Of a stretch of 64,000 nt of DNA, positions 37,162 through 50,316 are shown piece after piece (within the stretch, counting starts at the first letter, position 1; each line of letters opens with the position of its first letter). This DNA is from Podarcis tiliguerta (taxonomy: Eukaryota). The stretch is taken from the NCBI GenBank assembly GCA_965153285.1, contig OZ229114.1; one strand, 5' to 3'. Position numbers and translations under genes: made by a program. The notes under the pieces are model-generated. The model saw only the letters and a program-made list of their open reading frames with translations. It was not told the DNA's origin and searched no databases.

Positions 37162-38981
37162 TATATTCCATTGCCTGCTCCAGCTTCCTTAACCACAGCC
37201 AAGGCATGGGCAGCATTATGTGTGTACTAGCTCAATATGTCAACTTAGTTAATATTTTACATGGTATTTAATGAAGGTAATAGTTCCTGTTAACCAAATG
37301 CCACAGGTAATTTACTCTTTGGAAAAGTGCCTCAAAGATATTGCCTGTATAAAGAGATTCATGCAGATGTCATCTGCCCTCAGCACGCTGCATCCTTTTC
37401 TAACAATTACAGATATATCCATTCATTACACCAATTAATCAATTAATATTTTTTTGCCCTGCTCTAAGCATAAGGGCTCCAGTTCATCTGCTGTCTTTTT
37501 CCATGCAGAGTCACTATTCAGCATGGGGTGAATAATTCTGCCATGTAAGCAGAATGAAGGGTGGAAACGTCACACTGTATACAAAGGGAAAGGGGTGGGG
37601 TGGGGGGGATAGAATGAATTAGTAAGGAGATTGCAAGGCACCTGCAGCAGTCATATGGTTCAGCTGCCCTGCTTAGATAGTTTTTAGCAAGAAGATTTTT
37701 CATCTTTCTATGCAAACTAGAAGATGTGCAAGACCACCAGAAGGGGAAAAATTTTCTATTTTTAAAGTGACATCTAGTCTTCAATAAACTGCACTAGTTA
37801 AGTGAAAAGTAAAACTTTGGAAATGACACACATTTTTAGCACCGAATGGACTTTAATATGAGACCCCTCTAACATTTATTGGCCAAGCTGGTCATATGCT
37901 GACCCATATACGGAAGGATAGGACCATGAGAGATTAATGACTTGAGATTTTGCCTGTGAATCTTCATCTGAGCTGTATTTTTTTATTTTTAAAAAGGTAT
38001 CAAAGGGAGTGGAAAACAAACAGGTCCACAGCTGTCTCTGGTCTATCCCAGCTGTACACCTGTCTTCTGCTCTGGAAGCGTTCCTGGATTCAGGTCTTCC
38101 TCCCACTCCACCAACCTTGTCAGCCTAATGGTTACAGGTCATTTAAAAGGTGTCAACTGCTATCTGAAAATGCCTTGGAATAGGCCAGGAGAACCTGCCA
38201 ACCTCCAAATATTGTTAGACTCCAACTCCCATCAGCCCCAGTGAGCCTGGCCAGTGATCAAGTATGAGGGGAGCTGGAAGCCCAACAGGACCTTGAAAGC
38301 CAGATATTCCTCAACCCTACCTTAAAGCAAGTAGAAAACACACATTTAAGTCAAGATTCCAAACAAACGTAATTAGTTTGGAAATTGTTGTAACCACATC
38401 AGAAATGGGATCAGAAAAATAAACAAATTCAAGGCCCATGATCTGCAGCACTGTGGAAAAACCGAGTTATTCGATAAATCACCATTTTTAGACAAGTGCT
38501 TTCTATGTCAACTGCCTGAAGTTCCTGATGCAAGAGAGGTAGAGCAATTTAAACTCCCCAAGCAAACTGCTTGCTAGTTTTTGAGGAACGCTTGAAGGAC
38601 AGTTCATTTTTAAAGGTTTTTTTCATTAGACACAGCATATGGAGCCTAATCTGTGCAGCTTGCATGATACCAAGCCCTACATTTTCTTTGTCTCAACCAA
38701 TCAAGTAGGCCAAATTTTAATCATTAATATCAATTAATCTACTTAAGCTGCAATTCTGTGTACATTTACCTGGAAGTTAGTCTCACTTATCAGAGGGAAA
38801 AATACATGCTATAAAGCTTGTAACCTTACTTTGCACCTTGTTTAAAAATTAGGTCAAACGGGAAGACCAAGCCTGTCCATCCAAAAAATAGGGTAATTTC
38901 TAGCATGCAGTTATCTCAAATAAATTTCTCAATTAAATTTCTTGGTGATGAGGGAAATCTGAACTACCCATCAACTATGTA

Positions 38982-39228
38982 CAGTGGTACCTCTGGTTAC
39001 GAACTTAACTCGTTCCGAAGGTCCGTTCTTAACCTGAGGTACCACTTTAACTAAGGGGGCCTCCCACTGCTGCCACCCTGCAATTTCTGTTCTCATCCTG
39101 AGGTAAAGTTCTTAACCTGAGGTACTACTTCCAGGTTAGCAGTCTGTAACCTAAAGTGTTTGTAACCCGAGGTGTTTGTAACCCGAGGTGTTCGTAACCT
39201 GAGGTGTTTGTAACCCGAGGTACCACTG
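38982..39228. mobile_element. Tc1/mariner MITE, same family as 20818-21017, opposite orientation
   Basis: ta|cagtggtacctctggttac ... gtaacccgaggtaccactg|ta, with internal 16-bp tandem repeats. Confidence 0.92.
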
Positions 39229-39449
39229 TATTACACAATCCACTCCAGGTTACAAGGCCTGTTGGCTATCAATATTTTAAGAGTTCTGTGGCTTAAACTT
39301 CAATTTGAGAATTGGCACCGAGTCACCAGTAATATCAATACTCCACAGATTGCAGAAAATGTGAGCAGAAATACTAGAGAGCCTGATGATCCCAAAGATT
39401 CAGTAAGAATCATGTGGTTTCTTCCTTTACAACCAAAGTATGGCCTTCC

Positions 39450-39880
39450 CTCTTTGTCCTCATAGCAAAAATGCTGCTCCACACTGATCATCTCTTGCCT
39501 TGATTAGTGAAATCTCCTTCTCTCTGGTCACCTTAATCCACCAATATCCATCTACTGCAAAAATTATTCACATATCTCACCACTCCTTAAATCCTCAAAA
39601 ACATCCTGCCTGCTTTTTGCACAAGCTTCTTGTTCTTACCTTCAAAACTCGCCGTGGCTTTGCCTTGCATTTCTCTGTGCTTTTATCCTTCTGTATCCAT
39701 CTAAACCCTTGACTCTTCAAGTTACAACAACCTTCTTGCTTCCTGAAACAACTCCTTTTCTCCTTCCTGCCCCTAGTACTGGGAACTGCCACCAGAGAAC
39801 TTACATGAGGATCTCCACCCCCAATTTCTTCCTTCAGATTCCTCTTTTAAACTCACCTCTTCTGTGAAGCTTTTGGGACA
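39450..39880 (+). mobile_element. Ancient L2 3' fragment
   Basis: Pyrimidine-rich L2 signatures ctgcaaaaattattc, ccactccttaaatcctc, cttcttgttcttaccttcaaa, aaactcacctcttctgtgaagcttt. A probable terminal piece lies at ~40210-40295. Confidence 0.65.
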
Positions 39881-40325
39881 ATTCTTTAGTCTTAATACCC
39901 TACTTAACCAACTTGTCACAGTGCTTTTTTCTGAAATTCATTGCCATTTGACCCCCACAGCTTACAATTTTCCTCTGTACACCCACAGGCAAGCCAAAGA
40001 GAACACATAATACATTTGATCATGTGGCCTCTGGTCTACAAAAGCATATGCGGTAATAAATCTGTTAGCCTTTAAGGTGCTACAAGATTCTTTGTTCCAA
40101 ATGGCCTACTGAAACAAATCCAAAGTGTGTGTGTGTAATCGCACATTTCTACCTTGTTCATCTTTCCCTCCATTTCCTTACTCTTCATCTGTTGCCTCCC
40201 TTGTGTCAATTGTGAGACTGTATGCCCCTTGGGGTAGGGACCTGTCCTCTCATTCTCAATAAAGCAAATGTAAATAGATGACACTCAGTAATAATAAGCC
40301 ATAGGCAATTCCCAATCCTGTACTC

Positions 40326-40580
40326 CAGGGGTGGCCAACTCCTGAGAGACTGTGCTCTACTCACAGAGTTAAAGACTGCCAGTGATCTACCCCATTTTGA
40401 GGGGTTCAGGTCAAAAGCTCCTCTTTGGGGGCAAATTTAAATGTTGGGGCAGGGCAATTTAAATGTTGAACTTTTGGGGGGGAGCCAAACTTGTTGATCT
40501 TCTTTGGGGGGAGCCAGTGATCTACCACAGATCTCCAGTGATGTACTGGTAGATCACTATCTACCTGCTGGACGTGCGTG
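40326..40580. mobile_element. hAT-type MITE, 255 bp, perfect 8-bp TSD
   Basis: Starts caggggtggccaac and has subterminal gatctac repeats. TSD ctgtactc at 40318-40325 and 40581-40588. Confidence 0.88.
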
Positions 40581-41959
40581 CTGTACTCCATACCACCAGC
40601 ATATTTATTCACCCTCTCCGATCTTTTTCATTCTGAAAACACTTTTTTCTTAAGAATGGAGGCAGTTTTCCTCTGTTGCATTTTAAGAGTCAACCTAAAG
40701 TAACACAACTTTCTTGAGTGTTACACCTAGAGTTATCTGCTTTGCAAACTCCTCACTTTGGTACACATACTCTCTGCTTGTAACACACTGTGCTCTATAG
40801 GATAAGAATAGGTGAGTGAATGGACTGTGTCTTATGTCTCAAATGCAGGGGGAGAGCCAATGCCATTTTAGTTTCTTTCCATGCTAAAGCTTCAGAATAT
40901 GCACTTGTTCAAATATTCTTCATGACTCTGTCCTTAGATGCATGCCACATACAACCTGTGTTTGCCACTGCATATACATAAGATGGGGAGCTGTGGCCTA
41001 TTCAGCTTCATTGCACATTTATCTATATAAATACATACAATGGGTGTATACAAATGTTTTTACATGAACATACAAAATGTGGCATAGCCCTTAAAGGAAA
41101 CTGAATTCTGCTCATCCTGTAAGATACCCAAAGTTTGTATGAAGGAAATCAGTATCACTACATGGAAATAATTACACAAGAATCCTGAAAGTTAAAGGTA
41201 AATACATATACATATAGCATATATTGGGTAACACTGTTTCTTCCATCAACTAATTCATACTCTTAGGTGTGATGCAGTGATTCATAATTTTTGTCATATA
41301 CATAACAAAATTCATATTTACTTCAAGAGGTATGGCTTTTTCTTTTTCTTCAAAGGAGGCAACATTTATTATGTTTTAAAAGATCAATCTACGAATGGAA
41401 AACATCATTCCTGTTCTTGCCTTCCACCCAAAGAAAGCACAGGCTTTAAATTGCTAGTGGTGTCTGAAAGAAGCTTATTCACAAACTCAAACAAAAGGCC
41501 TCAGGTGTTTCAACAGAAACACAATGTGTGTAAATCAGAGGAGTGACCCAACAGGACACCTTCATTTACTGCCTCAGTGCTAAGAAAGCTCAATAGGCAC
41601 TTCTCAGAACTCCTGGTCAAGCTGTGTACTTCAAAAACTCACTACTGCACTGACAGCTCCACAAACAAGGGCCACATTGTTTATCACCGAAATAGTGATT
41701 GACAGTATCTCCTGCTTGCACCCATGTCAACTACAGAGTAAAAAACCCCAAAACAAACCAAAACCCAAAAGAAATACTGCAAACCACAGTGTGTACAGAG
41801 TTGCTCATCAGGGAAGAAAGATAATGGAATCAGTGTTTCTATCCTACTGCCCTACGCCAAATTGTTATCACAATTTGATCTAAATTATGCTGTAGTCTCC
41901 CTCAGCACCTTTTAGACCTGGTCCCCACACCTGGTCTAAATGCTGCTGAGGAAGACATT

Positions 41960-42082
41960 GTGCCCTCCAGATGTTGACAAGCTACAACTTCCATCAGACC
42001 CAGCAAGCATGGCCAATTGCTAGAGATTATGGGAGCTGTAGTTCAGCAACATCTGGAGGGCCATGCATTACCCACACCTGAG
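41960..42082. repeat. Short hairpin-like dispersed squamate repeat (ctacaactcccatc / gatgggagttgtag family)
   Basis: ccctccagatgttg...ctacaacttccat ... atgggagctgtag...caacatctggaggg. Related copies at ~30915-30980, 38186-38320, 61523-61645 and 61734-61863. Confidence 0.75.
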
Positions 42083-44727
42083 ACCCAAAGAGGAATCAAC
42101 CTCTAGAACAGGGTGGCCCAACCTCTCAGACCAAGTGGGCCGCAAGAGTACATCGACACAGAACCCAAGGGCCACACACTGAATTAAATTTCAATACCGT
42201 ACAGTTTGCAACATGGTTAATATTATTTAACATACACAATTAACTTATGTACTTGAATATATATAATTAAATACCAATGTGTGAAATTCGCCACACATGT
42301 GAAGATGCAACAAAGTGAAGATGCTTCAACTCCCTCCGTCATGTTACCTGTTAAACTGGAAGATGGCTGTTTGCAGCTGGGAGTCTGTTCTGACGTTGTA
42401 GAACCCTACCAGTGAGAGATGGTTGCCCTCCAACTCACAGAGGACAACTGGAATGCAACTGATGGGGCATGGCAAACATCCTTGCCCTCGTTTCCTCTGC
42501 TACAATTAATATCATGTGGCAGAATGAAACCCAATAGGCCTCTTGTTGTCTTCCGCAACTAGTGAGGGAATGAATACATAATTTTCACGAAACAACCATT
42601 TCTTTTTGAATCTTTTTTATTTATTTAAGCAAGAACATATATTTCAACAACATAAAAGAATACATAAGAATAATGAAACAAAAAATACAATGCACTACAA
42701 TTACATTAAAATTAAAACATCCACACCCAAAAAATGCAAACTGGGTTGTTTCATTCACAATCCCTGGGAAAAATAATTATTATACTTGGTGTTGTGGGCT
42801 AGTAATTTTTCTGAAAAGATTTGATATATAAATATCAGGATGTCCTCCAGGTCTTACAATACTGTCACTTACAGCTGCGAAGACACTTAGAATTCAGTAT
42901 AGTAGTAGCATATTTCACAAGAGCCGTTTGAACATTGCTAGCATTATTAATGTACATAAAATAAATTCTTGCCACACATTTGAAAATGAATCTTTTTTTG
43001 TTTGTCCACTAGCATATCTTAATTTTGAGTTAATTTTTCGGCAATGGCTATGAAACAGATTTGACTATAACATAAATCCTGATAAACCTTCTTGTGATAA
43101 CAATCCTGGGGGCTAGCAAAAAATATAGAATCAATTATTCGTCCAAACCATCTTCACTTGGGCTCACCCCATATGCCCAGTAATGCTAACAAAGGGATTG
43201 GTATCAATTCCTCTTTTGTTATTAAATTAATTTCTAGGAACACCATCTCCACAAAAGCTGCTATGGCCAACATTCCCAACCTAAGTGGAAATACTTACCT
43301 TTTTGTTTCTATCAGCACCAGCATTTGGGGGACAGACTGGGATTATTATGTGATAAAATCATCGATTTATAGTGCCACTAAATATTATTTTAAGAGCCTC
43401 TTTAGGTTGTTCTGAAGTATTTTTTCTGTCAGCTTCCTCTTGTGCAATACACTATTATGCAGACTTATTGTGCTCCTTTAAGGAACACAATCTACATCTT
43501 CCATGCAGGAGCACTTTTCACTCTATTTTATTTTCTAAGCAAAGGATCCTACATGGAACGGGTTCCAATTTCAGAATTTCCAGAAAGTCATTGAAGTTAC
43601 TGTTGCAGCAAAAAAACAAAAGTCATGTAGCATCTTATAGTCTAGCAAACAAAATTGTTGGTCTTTTAAGGTGTCACATGGCTGTTGGTTTTTATAATTC
43701 GCACTGTACTTTTACTATAACAGGCTAGCATATATATGGATGATATTAGCATTCTCCATCCACACGTCATTTCTATTTCAACCATGTTGAATTCCAAGGA
43801 CAACTTCTCTCAGTCACTACAATGGTATGCAAGACATTAAATACAGTTACCAATTAAATACAGTTTTTCTTGAACTCCAACTATGTGCAAAATGAAGTTA
43901 GTGATGTTCACTCATCTCTCTACCAGCAAAGAATGCCCCCTACTTTCCCCAACTTTCCCCAAGTGCCTGAACTAAACAGCAATTGTCATCTTAAATTTAT
44001 TTTGTCACTGCACTGCTCAATTTCCTAATCAAAGAGTACTGCCAAAATTAATTTGGAGTTCAGACTACCCATCCAAACTCCTGTATCACTACAACTTGAC
44101 CTTGTATTCTTCTGCATTCTCTCTGTCATGGGATAGATAAAACACGACAGGGCTTTTCATTGTCTGACAAAATTACCCTGCCAGGCTTAGCTTATCAAAT
44201 TAGTAATTATTTTGGCTCCTTTCAGCATGACTCTTCTATGTCAAGACATTTTAAAATATTATTTTGTAAATTCCACTGAGATATGAGTTGTATCCCTTGT
44301 GTGTGAAGCTTCACGGGGAAAGGGAAAAGCAAAACTTTGAAGAGCATCTTGTTGTATAATTATAGACTATCATCCAAACCTCAGTTGCATAGAGACCACA
44401 ACTTTATGCATTTAAGGATGCATTTAACCCTTTACAGTCTTGCCTCAAAGTAAAACTACAATCCTAAGCACACTTACCAGGGAGTGAGTCACACGGAACA
44501 CAGTTGGATGTAGAATCATAGGCTGGATTCAACTGAGTTTCACTAGGTCTTCTGCTAGCACTACAGGCCCTTTTGCTCTTCACTCCACCCCCACCCCCAA
44601 ATTGGGCTGAGGGAACCTCCAGAACAGCATGCTGGGAGAGTGGGACTGTTCTTTCTGGAAAGCTAAAAAGATTGCACTGATGGAATCATCTCTTTAGCAC
44701 TACACTGAATTCCTCCCATACGAATTG

Positions 44728-46040
44728 GAACAGAACTCAGTCATCTAGGCCAGCAACCTGCTGATGAAGGAACAAAATGACTACAGCATCCCAAATAGAT
44801 GGCAATCTAGCCTCTGCTTAAATTAAAAGCCTCCAGCAAAAGGAGAGTCCAACACCTTTCAAGGCAGCCTATTCCTCTGTTGAACAGCTCATACCATCAG
44901 AATGTTTTCCTAGACTTCGGTCAAAATCGTCTTTCTTGTAATTTGTACCTGTTGGTTCAGATTCCACCCACTGGATCAATTTGGGAGTGGGGGGAGTACC
45001 ATAATCTACGTAAGAGAGCCCTTCAAATATCTAATGAGGCTCTCTTTTCATCTCTTTTCATTTCTTCTTCAGACGAACCCAATTCCTTTCATTTTTCTTC
45101 ATAGGACTTCATTTCCAGACTGTTTGTTACCTATGTCACTCTCCTCTGTATATGTTTCAGTTTGTCAAGTTGCTTCCCAAACTGCAGTATCCAGAAAAGG
45201 AGAGTTTATTCTAGGTGAGGTCTGACCAAACCAAAATAGTTTTTACTTCTCAAGGTCTGGACACTATACTTCTATTGTATAGTGTATACTTCTATTGTAT
45301 ATTGTATAGATGCAGCCTAAAACTCCCTTGCCTTTTCAGCTGTCAACCTGAATTGCTGGCTCATATTTAGCTTATGGTCTCCTAAAATCTCTAGATCATT
45401 TTCACATGTACTGCCATCAAACCAGATGTCATCCATGCTGTACTTGTGCCTAATTTTGCCTACTTAAATGCAGAACTTTACATTTAACTATTGAAATTCA
45501 TGTTTGTCTTTGCCCAATTCTCCATCCTGTCAAGTTCATCTTGAATTCTGCTTCTGACAAGTGAGATAAGCTACCCTTCCAATTTTTTGTCATCTGCAAA
45601 TTTGATGAGCATTCCTCACTATTCCTTTGTCGAAGTCATTAAGGAAGATGTTGAACAACAGTGGACCAGGGCAGAATTCTGCAGCACCCCACATATTACT
45701 TCTCTCCAAGCTACTGAGGAGCCAGCGATGAGCATTCATTGAGTATGCTCCATCAGTCAACTATAAATCCCTCTAATGGTAGCATTGTTTATCCCACATT
45801 TTAGCAGCTTGCCAACAAGAATACTGTAGAGGATACTATCAAAATTCTTGCTGAAATCAAGATATTCTATGTCTACAACATTCCTTTCATCTACCCAACT
45901 AGTAGCTCTATCAACAAAACAAGAAAATAAGGTTAGTCTGGCATGACTTGCTCTTGAGAAACCCATCCTGGCTCTTTGTAATCGCAGCATTCTTTTCTAA
46001 ACGCTCACAGACTGACCACTTAATGAACTGTTTTAGACCA
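44728..46040 (-). mobile_element. CR1 LINE fragment, ~1.3 kb, degenerate RT
   Basis: ORF-track peptides ITKSQDGFLKSKSCQTNLI and VDIEYLDFSKNFDSI correspond to SQHGF..KSCQTNL and YLDFSKAFD. The FADD codons (gtcatctgcaaa) lie near 45590. Confidence 0.9.
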
Positions 46041-47289
46041 TTCTGTGTAAACATGTACAGGATTATGCTGTTATTGAATGGGACTTTCTTTTGGGTAGTC
46101 ATGCATAGGATTAAGTCCCATTGACAAATGGGAAAATCACAGGCTGAACTGCAGGCACAACCCCAGAGTGTTGTAAAGTAAGATTTTTTAAAATGTGCTA
46201 CTTGGAACTATTGTAACAAGGAAAGCAAAGCAATAGCTAGGTCAAGTCAGCTTTACACAAAAGAATTTAAGAAGCATGAGGAAGATCTATTCCATTTTTA
46301 AAAGAAAAAACTCCTAAAATGGAAGTCAACAGTGCTACATTTACAGCTTTGGAACAGGATAAAAACAGTAGCCAGTTTTTGGTGAATGGCAGAGCAAATC
46401 CTCAATCTATAAAAAACAAAAAGGGGAGTAATTTATTCATTGCTATTAAGTATCCATTAACCTTGAATGCAGAGGTGGAAAAAATACTTCAAACACTTCA
46501 GTGTCGTCAGAATCAACCCATTAGGTACCTGGGTGACAAGGTACTTCTAATTTTCCTATTTTAATCAATGTTAATTATTTTCTACAGAAGCACAAAATCA
46601 AAATGTATATCAGCAGAATTAACAGAAGTAATTATATCAAACCTAAGCAAGTTGGAAAAATCCACTGTGGTGCCTAAAAGTGGGAAATAATTCTTCAGTC
46701 CTCCAGAAAGTTGTATCTAGATATCTAACAGTCAGATTAGGATTTTCAGAAGCAAACATCTAGAATTATATACAGTACATCTAAAGACATTTAAGAACCT
46801 TGGCAACCAAGGCAAGTAGAGCACAGATAAGGGAAATAGGATCTGGTGCAGAATTTAAATGCAAAGCTTTCAGAATGGAACTAATCAACTGATAGTTAAA
46901 AAGCTCTCAAAGTGTTTATGAGGGAACCCATAGAATTGTGGCACCCCACTTTCCCCCTTGTCCTTACCGAGAAATTACACCCTCACTTTGGCTCTTTATG
47001 CTACAAGTATCACCTAAACAAGCTGTGTATACTCTGTAACACCTCTGTGATGCAATAGGGGTCCTTCTCTTGATCACCTTTTTAACTCTTTACTAGCTTA
47101 AAGAAACACAGAATATTAGGATATAGCATAATCTCAAAAATGATGTATGTTGGTGGGGATTACAGAAGAAAAAAACAATTAAAGGGCTCAACTGGATGAT
47201 GCTAAACAGGAAAAAAGAGTAAGTATTCCTATCTAGTCTTTTTACAAAGAAATCCTTTTTATTCTATACTGGTCTCTGTGGTAACAACA

Positions 47290-47435
47290 GGGTGCCTATA
47301 TTATTGTTATAACTGCCTTTCCCTTTATAGAAGGACAAAGGTTAATTGCTTTTCTGGAGGTCACCCGGCAAGCCAACATCAGAGTCAAGAACAAGACCCA
47401 AACTTCCTTATTCCGACACATTATTTAACCATTTC
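47290..47435 (-). mobile_element. Degenerate CORE/MIR-like SINE fragment
   Basis: Shows an aggtcacccggcaag...agagtcaagaacaagacccaaact...ttaaccat pattern typical of antisense CORE-SINEs. Confidence 0.4.
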
Positions 47436-47734
47436 GTTACCACTCCCTTTCGCACCAGTGCAAAAAGCTTTAGGTTCCATTCAGATTCTTGAATCCAGTG
47501 AGATTTACTTGGTCACTTAACCCCCATATGCCACAAGAAGTAACTAAGAGACTTCAGGTAATTCAGTGTGGCTTTCAACCCATCCTTTAGGAATATGATT
47601 GTTTATGTAAGCTGCTTTGAGAACAAAAAACAATAAGAACAATAACTACATCAAGCAGCAGCATCTACTGTTTTGCAACCATTTCATACCATAAAGTATT
47701 GTGTGTGTGAACAGGTATCTTCAGCAGCCTCTGG

Positions 47735-48750
47735 AAAATGGCAAGGAATTCCAGAGGGGATACCACTTAGAAAAGGATCTGCTCTTGTAGCCACCTAAAT
47801 TAGAATGTGTTTTTTAAATTTAGGAACTAGATCTCTTTTTCTATTACTTCTGGCATCTAGTCCATTTATGATTTCAAAACTGTCAACATGTTGAATTCTG
47901 TTCAGAAACTGGAAGCCAGTTCAGTTCTTTGAGTCCTCATATTATGTTCCCCGCCTACCCCCAGTTCTTAATACCCTGGCCACCACATTCTGTACCAGGT
48001 AAATTTTCTGAATGAGTAAAAAATAGCCCACAAGCATTGCATTACACTAGCCCAATCTAACACCCACACACCCACACCCCAGGATCAACTGCCAAGCCAG
48101 ACAGAGCTGGTAAAAGGTATTCCTAGCAACAGATGCCACCATAAAGTCAAGATAGAATGCTTTGTCCAGATCTCCTGACTGCTGATCCACTCCTCAAAGG
48201 GATGCTACCTGGTCCACAACAGGTCAATTACCTATCCCCCACATCAACAGAACCATCCATACCAGCATCTCCAACTCAACTGGTCTGAACTTCAGTTTAT
48301 TTGCTATCATCCAATCCATCAGGATCACTGGGAATGAAGGAAGAGAAATAAAGCTGGATACCATCAGCATTACAGCATGGCAAGCAACCTCCCCCTGTGA
48401 TTTTACATAGTTGTTATACACTGTATAATAAACAGCATAAGATGGATACCCCACAATATCTCTCTTCATATCACCTTCTGGAACAAGTTACCGATTGTAA
48501 CACAGTCCTGCTGACCCCCAGTCCTGACAAGTGGTCCAGAAGGATATTAAGTCAACAGTATCAAACACTGCTGTGAGATCCAGAAGAATCAAGATCAAAA
48601 TCCATTAGCTGGCAAACGTTGTCCGCCAAAGTGACCTTGGCAGTCCAAGTCCCTCTATGGGTCCTGAAGCTAGACAAATTCTAGCAAGCTTGATGATCAA
48701 CTGTGAACATCCTGCAAACTTCTGGCATGTTTGAAGCCACCACCCAGCAA
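47735..48750 (-). mobile_element. L2 LINE fragment with degenerate RT
   Basis: Minus-strand motifs LILLDLTAVFDTVD (48553-48593), ADGIQLY (YADDTQLY-like) and DWMIANKLKF (WMxxNxLKLN). Confidence 0.8.
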
Positions 48751-49761
48751 TAAGCTTGCTAAATAATAATCTATGAGGAAGAAGTCACCAAACCCAATAT
48801 TAACTTGGGCAACACATTCTTCCTTGGCTTTCTGCAAGACTGGACACATGCTATATAAACATCAATAAAAACCTGACAATTTTATTTAAAAATTAAGCAG
48901 GTTAGATTTGCACAATTTCAGCTGCTTAAATCGGGGATAACAATTGAACAGAACCTGTGCAGAGTTGCCTACATTCAATATTATAACCTTTTGTCCTTAA
49001 TAGCGGACTGTGTCCAGTCTTGCAAAAATCCATCTTCCTTCATCTCATTTGTAACACAAACTGTTTTAAGATCAAATTAATATACTTTTACAGGGGCATT
49101 TTATGCATTCCATTTAAGCCAAGCGCAAGATCAAGAGTGTGCAATACAAAGGGGAAACTCCACAGCCATGACAAGAGACTGCTGCGATGACACTGGGGTT
49201 TGCACACAAGCCAAATTTTTCCAACTGCTAAAGGACCAGTCAAGGTTAAGAAAGAAATGCTAACTCTCCCTATAATTTCAGATGAACTAAGATAAACAAT
49301 CATATGCATCCAGTTGAGCTGAAACATCACCCAAAATGTTTAGAGTGGGATGATTTATCTCCATTTAAAATTAAGGTGCTTTTAGGCAGTGTAAGACGTA
49401 CCATCTCTGTTATTCAGGTGCACTGTTAAGCAATTCAGGTAACATAAACAGTTGACATTAGTCCTATAACGATTTATCTTGACAAATGCTGCCACTGCAC
49501 TGTCAGAGGTTGTATTACCACAGTTAATACTTCAAGCAAATGTAAACCTTTTCCACCTAGGGCTGTTTTAAATATTCCACTGTTTCCATTTTTGAGCTGT
49601 AAACAGCAAGGGGAGGGGGAGGTCAGGAAGATTTCCTGACAAACCTTTTAACTGTGATAATATTCACCCTTTTTCAATATTGTTTTCTGCCATTTTTTCC
49701 CTTTGTGACCAACCATATCTGTTCACATAACTGGGGGCAAACCAAGCCAACTGAAAGGGAA

Positions 49762-50016
49762 GTAAGGTAAGGTAGGTAAAAGTAAAGGACCCCTGGACAG
49801 TTAAGTCCAGCCAAAGGAAATTATGGGGTGCGGCATTCATCTCACTTCAGGCCGAGGGAGCCTGAAGTGCTTTCTGACAGAAAGCAAAGACAGCTTTCCG
49901 AGTCATGTGGCCAGCATGACTAAACCACTGCTGGCACAACAGACCACTATGACGCAAGCCAGAGTGCACAGAAACACTGTTTACCTTCCCGCTGCAGTGG
50001 TACCTATTTATCTATT
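49762..50016 (-). mobile_element. Sauria SINE, older and diverged, 5'-truncated
   Basis: Reverse complement of the SINE 3' half: aggtaa-type tail, gtcatgtggccagcatgactaa, gtttaccttcccgc, ggtacctatttatcta. Confidence 0.85.
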
Positions 50017-50101
50017 GAACATTGTGTTAAGCACTTTTAAGGTATTACCACAAATCCAAAATATGTATGCAGTACATTTTAAAGGGGAAATGATTATATT
50101 A

Positions 50102-50316
50102 CAGTAGTACCTCTGGTTACAAACTTAATTCATTCCAGAGGTCTGTTCTTAACCCGAAACCATTCTTAACCTGAGGCGTTAATGGGGCCTCCCGCTGCCG
50201 CACAACTTCCGCTCGCATCCCAGGGCAAAGTTCACTACCAGGAGCATCTACTTCCAGGTTAGCCCATCACCCAAAGCGTTCGTAAGGAGGACAGTACATA
50301 ACCTGAGGTTCCACTG
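50102..50316. mobile_element. Tc1/mariner MITE, same family
   Basis: ta|cagtagtacctctggttac ... taacctgaggttccactg|ta. Confidence 0.88.

Noticed and set aside
39145-39221. CRISPR-like repeat array
   Set aside because: Head-to-tail 16-bp units with no spacers, inside a MITE, in a vertebrate genome with no cas genes.
42600-43260. Possible L1 3' remnants (also ~26690-26960)
   Set aside because: The composition is suggestive, but I could not identify a diagnostic motif, so it is not called.
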